From Paraspadella gotoi (lineage: Eukaryota > Animalia > Chaetognatha), in contig CM119264.1 of NCBI GenBank assembly GCA_051294375.1, positions 24,891,648-24,955,647 of the forward strand: a stretch of 64,000 bases of DNA, written 5' to 3'. The notes beneath the pieces are model-generated. The model did no database searches. It saw only the letters and a list, made by a program, of their open reading frames with translations, and was not told the origin of the DNA. Shown here piece by piece: positions 55,530-64,000 of this stretch; position 1 is the first letter of the stretch, and every line of letters starts with the position of its first letter. The translations under genes and the position numbers were made by a program.

Positions 55530-56332
55530 CTGTTGCATTTCAAAATCGGCGGTATTTTGAAAGTGGATTCCGGCAACAATAGACCCCCGCCACAATCTTC
55601 TTCCTTGTTTCCTGAGTTGGGTCCGATCGTAAGAAAAGGAGCGTTGGCATCCGCTACACCGCCATCTCATGCGGAGACTGCCTCCTCTTATACGGTCGCT
55701 TGTTGAGTTGGGACCCACTCAGCCTTTCCATCGCAATTACAAGCCTAAGAGGAAATTTTAATTTTTCAAGTTTTCCTAATATCATCCAAATATATGTCGA
55801 ACTACTCAAAAAGTAATGCAGTTTACTAAGTTAGGAGCAGCTGTTAACTTTACTTATTTAACATAATACTATTATTGGCAACCCTGCGGTTGCCGGAGCA
55901 GGAGAGGGAAGTTTCGCTAAGAATCCTCGTACATTTTTTTGGTACTTTTTCATTTTCAACTTACCTTGTATGAGCCATTATAAATTTATTATCATTATCA
56001 TTTATTATAAAGCTCCATTTTAGTGCAACAAGTTATTTTCACTTTTGCCAACATCTTGTCAAATTACCTCGTTGAACGACTTCGACAATTTTAATAAACT
56101 ATCGATCGTTGCCAAAAATGGTTGGTTTGGGTCAACTGCAAATCTCGATGAGATATTCGCAACATCTTCATATTCGTCGTCGTCAACGGACAAGTTCTCG
56201 GAGAGTTCTCATCGCTTGAATTGTCCGAGACGTTCGTTCTCGTTCTCGCTTGCATCATAATCGTCTGTCGCTTTGGTCATCGCTGCCATTCGAAACGAAT
56301 CTTCATCGGCTCCGTCACTCAGCGAAACTGAC
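55530..56332 (-). pseudogene. Duplicate copy of exons 3-4 of the AT-hook/Mutator-like gene
   Basis: Exons 56332-56068 and 55744-55530 with indels. They lie in the first copy of the 5.8 kb duplication, and exons 1-2 are absent. Confidence 0.55.
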
Positions 56333-58237
56333 CTAAGTAAAAACTATATAATATCAAGCACTGTTTTAATTTTTGCCCATATATATATGATATGATATGA
56401 TATGGGCGAAAATTAAACAGTGCTTTCAATTTCAATTTTTACAATTTTGGGGTGTTTAGGGATAAGGATGGTTAAGGTTAGCGGGTCTCCAGGCAAAAAA
56501 AAGTTTTCTTCTCTAACATTGTTCTTTTTTTCTTTTTTGCATAACNNNNNNNNNNNNNNNNNNNNNNNNNGACAAAGACAGAGACAGAGAGGAAGAGATA
56601 AACCTCAGACGCGTGGGAGAAAGAAAAATAAGGAGGAAGAAGAGAGAGAGAGAAAGGAAATCGTCTCAAGGGCCTCACCCGCCCTCACTTCCCTTTCACT
56701 CTCTGCCTCTTTTCATTAGCATCAGGTGTTTTTTTTTTTCAATTTCGTCTGATCGAATTTTTTCTTCCTTGTTTTTTTGTTTTGTTTTTGATTTTTTTTT
56801 TATTATTTTTTATTTTATTTTAAAAAGTGTTTTTATTTTGTAATATTGACCACTTTTATGAAATTGGTACAACCGAGTTAAAATTAACCATTCATTTATT
56901 AAATAAGCTATCTTTTCCTGACTTTCGATAGGCAATGGTTCGTTAACGTCTCCTTCCCTCTTACAAGATAACAAGCAAGCAGAGCAGAACTGTTTTCGTG
57001 ATTTTTACAAAAAATCTATTTTGTCTTTTTTTTTTTAATTCTCCTCTTCGCCAGATTTTACTTACCTCAAAAAAAAAGACTACCGGCCCTCAACCCCTCC
57101 TCTTGTCCCCTCAACACCCCCCTTTTCCTCTCAACACCCCCTCTACTCCACAAACCAAGGGTCTCGACCCCTCGATCCTTCCTTCATGACTCCACATCCG
57201 CGACGCCGATTTTACGATTCGTCTTCGCGATAAAACATCTTTCCCGAGGTCGACCCCAAGGATATTTCCGGCGAGCGGCGGGCGGTGGAAGGGGTCTTTG
57301 AGGGGGAATGGGGTTTGGAACGGGGTATGGGCGTCCTGGAGGGGAGCATATTTAGAGGAGGGTTTAGAAAAGCCCTAGGGGGTCCAGTACGGCCTCTTTT
57401 GTGGGGGGGTGCACGAGCCGTGTCAGATTCGGAAGATTATTGGCGGTTCTCGTCAACTGGTCGTCGGTTCGTGTTGTATTTTTGTTCGATATTGATTTTT
57501 CGGGGCAGGTTCGGTTATTGTATTTCTCTCCAGTTCGAGGGTGAGGCGAGAAAGGCAGTTTCGAGTTAGGATAAATTTAAAGTCTCGTGGGCGAAAGCTT
57601 GAAATAGCTCTGACCCATGGATTGGCAGAATTAGGAACGGCGGGCGACTGCAGAGGAGGGAAGTTAGAATGTGAGTGAGAGGTGGTTAGACAGAAAGTAT
57701 AGGGGATGAGTCAAGGGGCGATAATGGGTAAGTTAACGAAAAAACGTGTTTTTGCTTTGTCCCGGTATTAGGAGGATCGAAAATTAACAATTTTAGTGAA
57801 ATCATTACGTAATTCAGAATTTATAAAGAAAATCATATCTCTACATATATATATTTATATATACGCCAAGATACTAAATACTTTAAAATGATTTTTCGCG
57901 CCCCAAAATTGAAAACGCCGAGAAAACTTGACTTACTTTTGTGATTCGTTAGCGTCACGACTTTTCGATATCTGATGACTTACATTTCACTCTCGATATT
58001 CACGCCTTCGTGAGTCTTGACGGAATCAGCGAACGAGGAGTTCTGACGGCTTCTCACGAATTTCGGTCGTCATTGCAGAATCTGTGAATATTTTATTAAA
58101 TCGAAATCGATTTGATTGATTACCAATCAATTTTATCGATGACCAAGTTGAGTCTCCGACCAGTCTAGACCTAAATCCCGAGAGACCAATCGACACATCA
58201 CGACTTTGAAAGCAGAAATTACAGAAAGTTTGATAAG

Positions 58238-58350
58238 GCGTCACAGACGGCGTGACGGACGGTGTCACAGACGGCGTGACGGACGGAGTAACAGACGGAG
58301 TAACAGACGGCGTTACAGACGGCGTTACAGACGGCGTTACAGACAGCGTG
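58238..58350. repeat. 12 bp tandem repeat (ACAGACGGCGTT-like); noisier copy at 52413-52500
   Basis: About 9 units such as CACAGACGGCGT, GACGGACGGTGT and TACAGACGGCGT. Confidence 0.9.
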
Positions 58351-58598
58351 ATATTCAGAATAACAGAAGGAATGGAGATTGGAGACCAATAGGCAGGTAG
58401 GCATTAAGGGAACAGAATTACAGTTGTACAGTTGTTTGGAACATAAATGACAAATTAACCCTTTTAAATAAAATAACATAATAGCTCAGAAACAGCCAAA
58501 AGTCAATAAACAAAAACTGATATTAAACAAATTTATTGGATGATGTAACAGCAATTTATCTTACTTAAAAGAAATTGAGAAAAGCAGGACGAGAGCAA

Positions 58599-58696
<98 letters not shown>

Positions 58697-58774
58697 ACTC
58701 TGATGCCACTAATATCTCACTTAATCCCTTGTTTTATTCCTGTCTGAGACGATTCCGGCCACTGAGAGTCCCGC

Positions 58775-58851
<77 letters not shown>

Positions 58852-61379
58852 ATAATATTCTCTGTCTCTCTTTATCTCTGAGTGTCCCTCTCGATCTCCC
58901 TCTCACTCTCTATCTGCGCTTCGCGTCGGCCATCAAATCTCAATTTTCCATAATTGCAGATGATCTGCTTATCGTCGTCGTCGTCGTCGTTCACCCATAA
59001 AAACCCGGGTCCCTTGCTGTCCTCTATCAGACTATCGCCTTCCGCATGAAAAAGTTTTCTCAGGGATGTAAGCAAACGCCATTAAAAACCCGGATCTAAT
59101 GGCAAAATGATTAGCACTAAAAACATTAGCTCACCGACTCGTATTATATATTTTATTATATTTTTCATATAATATTTTAAATTCGTCGAAATGGCTGTTT
59201 AAAACCAAAATATATACAGAGTGTCTCAAGCGTACTCTCACTTTACAAATGAACTGTGTCAAATTGGATCTATGGTTTTTATATATATATTTATTTTATA
59301 ACTGCTAATAGTTTAAAAATAAATTAATACTGATGTAGAAGGCTTTGTCACAAAACTCGGTTATTCTTCGATCGCAACTCCATCTCTCGGTGGGAATTTC
59401 AATCCGTTTAAATATCGGTTTCGATGTCTTCTTTTTCCTGATTAAAATCGATAATTTTTTTCCCTCATTTTTCCCGCGTTTTTTCTTTTTTTTTATTATT
59501 TTAATCCCTTGATTCTTATGCGTCGCCAGACCAAAGGATAGAATCATAGAAGGATCGCTTTTCCGAGAAATGAAAAAAAATTTTCCCGATAATGATGCCT
59601 TTTTGTTGTTGTTGTTGGTATCATCGGGTTCGTTAATCTGTAGGCGAAGCCGGAGATAAGAGATATAATTTTAAAGCAAGTGGGGGGGGGGGAGGATATC
59701 GACCCCTCAAAAATGCGTTCGGTGCTCCGTACGATTAGCACTATTACTATTAGTATTGCTATTACTATTAGTATTGCTAGTATTACTATTAGTATTAGCT
59801 AGCCTCAAACCTATCATGTTTTGCTACTGAAATGGGGAGTTCTATAAAAATGACCTGAGAATGTAGTTATGCAATTCAGCACTAGTCCATCTGAGATGAG
59901 AAGGGCTGAGAAAGCGCAATGGTATCGCAGTTTTACGGCATCGCCAAATACTTAAGACATAAAAACATAATTGATATTCAACGTTTGATGTTCAAGTAAA
60001 AATAAAAAAAATTATAATGATCAAAATCATTTAACAGACGAGTACAAAATATTTACAACAATGGAAAAAATGGGCTCTTTTCCGAGATCATCCCATTTCA
60101 TTTCTTGTATCCCTGAACTTGATTTTAATCAATTTCTGAAGTCATAACCCAATCTGTAACGCTAATCCCTAACCTAATCATCACCCATAAACCTTAGCCC
60201 CAATCCCTAATCTTAAACCTAACCCCAACTTAACCCTAACCCTTTATCCCTAAGCATTATCATTAACATTTATCAAAAACATAGTAATTTACCCTCATCC
60301 TAAACCTAATCTATTACCTTTACTTTGTAGCGGAATTATATTAATTTTTTTAATTAAAAATTAAGTAGAAAGTTAGGTTAAGGATTAGTTTAAGGATTAG
60401 GTCAGAGATTATTGAGGGATTATGGTTAAGGATTAGGAGTTAAGATTAAAAATTAGATATAAATGTTGAGGGTTAAGGATTAGGGTTAGGGAGTAAGTTA
60501 TAATTTTAGAAACATGATTAAGTTAAATATTAAGATTAAAATTAAATTCAGGGGTAAATCAACAGAAATGGTTCGCTATGGGAAAGGAATGCCAAAATAT
60601 TTAAAGATATTCAAAATCAAAAAATATTCGTCAAATTGATCGTTTGAGTAATTGTTTCCTCGGGGGTGAGCTGCTCGACCACGATCCTTCTTAATTTTCC
60701 GTACTGAAAATAAAAAAGCGAATACAATAGAAAATAATAAAACTTGACCAAAAAATAATATCAATAAACAATTTTTTACATTTTTAGCCTGCACATCAAG
60801 ACACTCAAATATTAAATAAATAGCATTTAATTCCCAATAAATAATTTGTTTTGTTTAAAAATAACGGTCTTTGTAATAAAGTTATAAACTTATAAAATTG
60901 GTTTTCCTTTGAACATAAAAAACCTTTTAAAAATTCTCTAAATCTAAAATCTTAAATCAAAGAATTTATATACTTAATATTTTGTAATTTATTCTTTGAA
61001 ATCAATTTTGAAATAGATTCTTGTCTTTTATTACTTTAATTGGATTTTGTTACTAAAATAAATGAACAAGAAAGGTAATTCAAATGTGTTGTGCCGCAGT
61101 GACTTTCTACAAATGTGTATTTATGACACGCAATGCATCAGAATCTTGTTTTTTATTCTTTAAAATTTTTTGAAACTAAAAAACTATAGGATCGATTTTT
61201 ATGATTTTTTCCTTCCTTCTCTAGAACTTTATAAATTGTCGTTAAAATAAAATTGGAAAAGGCCTTTCCAAATAGAAAATAAAAATTTTCTTACAGTATC
61301 ATATTGACACAATCTGGGTATAATATTTTAATTGTTTTTCTAGAGCAACAAATTTAATCTAATTTTGTAATTTTCAAAC

Positions 61380-62846
61380 CTGTTGCATTTCAAAATCGGC
61401 GGTATTTTGAAAGTGGGATTCCGGCACAAATAGACCCCCGCCACAATCTTCTTCCTTGTTTCCTGAGTTGGGTCCGAATCGTAAGAAAAGGAGCGTTGGC
61501 ATCCGCTACACCGCCATCTCATGCGGAGACTGCCTCCTCTTCTACGGGTCGCTTGTTGAGTTGGGACCCACTCAGCCTTTCCATCGCAATTACAAGCCTA
61601 AGAGGAAAATTTAATTTTCAAGTTTTTCCTAATATCATCCAAATATGTCGAACTACTCAAAAAAGTAATGCAGTTACTAGTTAGGAGCAGCTGTTAACTT
61701 TACTTATTTAACATAATACTATTATTGGCAACCCTGCCGGTGCCGGAGCAGGAGAGGGAAGTTTCGCTAAGAATCCTCGTACATTTTTTTGGTACTTTTT
61801 CATTTTCAACTTACCCTTGTATGAGCCATTATAAAATTTTATTATCATTATCATTTATTATAAAGCTCCATTTTAATGGTGCAACAAGTTATTTTCACTT
61901 TGCCAACATCCTTGTCAAATTACCTCGTTGAACGACTTCGACAATTTTAATAAACTATCGATCGTTGCCAAAAATGGTTGGTTTGGGTCAACTGCAAATC
62001 TCGACGAGATATTCGCAACATCTTCATATTCGTCGTCGTCAACGGACAAGTTCTCGGACGAGTTCTCATCGCTTGAATTGTCCGAGACGTCGTTCTCGTT
62101 CTCGCTGCACTCATAATCGTCGTCGCTTTGGTCATCGCTGCCATTCGAAGACGAATCTTCATCGGCTCCGTCACTCAGCGAAACTGACCTAAGTAAAAAC
62201 TTATATAATATCAGCACTGTTTTAATTTTTGCCCATATATATATGATATGATATGATATGGGCGAAAATTAAAACAGTGCTTTCAATTTTCAATTTTCAA
62301 TTTTAGGGGTGTTTAGGGATAAGGATGGTTAAGGTTAGCGGGTCTCCAGGCAAAAAAAAAAGTTTTCTTCTCTAACCATTGTTCTTTTTTTCTTTTTTGC
62401 ATAACGATATTTCTATACTTCACTCATAGGAATCGAAAAACAAATAACTGACAGGAAAATCCCAGTTGACGGATTCAAAATTTTTTACGATATCATATCA
62501 TATCATATCATATCAGATCATATACTTTATAAACTAGTTAATTTGAATTTTTTTTAATTACCCGCCTAAATCTTGCTCGTGGCAAGGGGCGTCGAAAAGT
62601 TGGGGAATTTGCTTCCTTTTTTCCATTGGGGAAAGGGACTCTGAAGCATAAATTAAAAATTTAATCGTTATAAAGAACTTTCAAAAAATGTATTTCATCC
62701 TATTTATCCCATAATTGATACTGACCAGGTATGATATCCGTTTTTCTTGGCCGTCCACGTTTCTTCGGGACAGTAGGGGATGTCTTTTTTCCCCATCGCG
62801 CTAAGACTGCTGCCAAAGCCCTTTTTTTCCTCGAAAATTTGGACAT
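61380..62846 (-). CDS. Spliced AT-hook / acidic / Cys-cluster protein resembling the N-terminal region of Mutator-like transposases
   Basis: Exons 62846-62726 (MSKFSRKKR...PKKRGRPRK), 62640-62562, 62188-61924 (D/E/S-rich, then PFLATIDSLLKL) and 61597-61380 (ACNC...RRRGGSLRMRWRCSGC...SDP...RKKIVAGSIVAGIHF). Phases 1, 2, 0 are all consistent. Exon 4 has indels that differ between the two copies. Possible last exon at 60703-60576. Confidence 0.65.
62213..62281. other. Near-perfect 24 bp hairpin with (ATATG)n loop, in intron 2 of the AT-hook gene
   Basis: AGCACTGTTTTAATTTTTGCCCAT ... ATGGGCGAAAATTAAAACAGTGCT. Also present at 56357-56424. Confidence 0.8.
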
Positions 62847-63687
62847 TGTAATCTAACTAACAAATCTAACAAGGCAAAAACACGGTAAAGGGAATTTTTA
62901 GCACCAAAATTCTCGAAGGGAGCTTCGATGTTTCCCGTCATTGGTTTTTAATCACGGTGCTGTACCATGCGTTTTAGTTGAAATAAAGTAAGAAAAGTTT
63001 GAGAGAAAAAGTTCAGATAGAATACGGAATAATATTTATGGAAACAAAAAATTCATAATTCCAAAAGGAAAAAAAATTCAATTGATGCATTCACTAGTAC
63101 CAGTTAAAATTTCTATACATTTCGATGGATGGAATTAACAAATGAATCACATTTTATTATTTTTTTCTAAGCTAAATATTAACAGTCCATTTGACCATAT
63201 TATTTGTATTTTTTTGCCTACCAAGATCCAAGCATTTTACAAAAAGCATGCATGCAAATGTAGATAGGGAAACTTTTATTTAGAAAGCATCATTCCTGTT
63301 GGAGGTACTTTTTTTTTATTAAAAAAAAATTTTGATTTATATATATCCGTATTCCGTAACCAGATTTTGAAAAAAATAAAAACTTTCAATGGGAAAAATT
63401 ATAGTTTAAGAAAAAAAATTTAATTGGCTACCCAGAGTAATACAAAAACAAATGACTCAGACCCCTTAAACAAACTATCAGGCGATTAATCGACGGAAAA
63501 CGGCTTTCAGGCGCTTTAGCCGGAAAATAGCCTGGCGAGCAAAGTTTGACGATTTAAGGAGCTATCGCTCTCCATTGAGTCTCTCACTCTCTCTCTCTGT
63601 TTGTCAGAGAGCGAGGGTGAAGTTTTCCTTACCGGGATTTATATCCAATTTGGCGAAATCCCGCCACTCTCTCTCTCTCTCTCTACT

Positions 63688-63762
<75 letters not shown>

Positions 63763-64000
63763 TTCCTCGTTTTTAAAAATTAGAAAAATTTGAAAAATTG
63801 CAAGATTACTTGTTTTATTGTATTAGACTTTAATATTTTATATTAAAATTTAATTTAATTAATTTTATTTCTTAAAAATTAACTCTAACTACAAAACATG
63901 CCGGTTAGAAAAAAAGAGTGCAACTGATGTGTTAAAAAGTGAATTCCCTTTTCACAAGGGTGCAACCGATCTCTTGCACAAACGAAAGAGCTTCTATTCA

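Larger units (their letters stand above)
50751..62405. repeat. 5.8 kb direct tandem duplication (50751-56545 ~ 56571-62405) across a 25-N gap
   Basis: Both copies start GACAAAGACAGAGACAGAG and end TTCTTTTTTGCATAAC. They differ almost only by 1-nt indels. Confidence 0.93.

Noticed and set aside
58219-58479. ORF with AVCN repeats suggesting a Cys-rich protein
   Set aside because: It is the product of a 12 bp tandem repeat that is open in several frames, with no start or splice context.

Overview
Eukaryotic, most likely invertebrate animal, draft-genome window. It is AT-rich, saturated with (AG)n/(CT)n microsatellites and has short GT-AG introns of about 55-330 nt. Most ORFs in the supplied track are microsatellite translations. 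By following splice phases I reconstructed five genes: (1) an 8-exon secreted glycoprotein I do not recognise (+13818-16008, needs two 1-nt repairs); (2) a convergent 5-exon secreted discoidin/F5-8C-like (galactose-binding fold) protein (-16444-17787); (3) a 4-exon secreted cyclase-family (kynurenine formamidase/isatin hydrolase-like) enzyme (+33031-34359); (4) an intronless C-type lectin with a His/Tyr-rich N-terminus (+43183-43857); and (5) a spliced AT-hook + acidic + CxC/CxxC protein resembling the N-terminal part of Mutator-like transposases (-61380-62846). Non-coding signals include Penelope-type minimal hammerhead motifs, a ~150-nt multi-hairpin cassette, a tRNA-derived SINE, a MITE-like element with inward-facing telomere-like repeats and a composite minisatellite. 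More than a third of the window lies in direct or inverted near-duplicates that differ mainly by 1-nt indels. Most of these adjoin gaps of exactly 25 N, so they are probably assembly or amplification artefacts. No prokaryotic features were seen. All family assignments come from motif recognition by eye, not from database searches.
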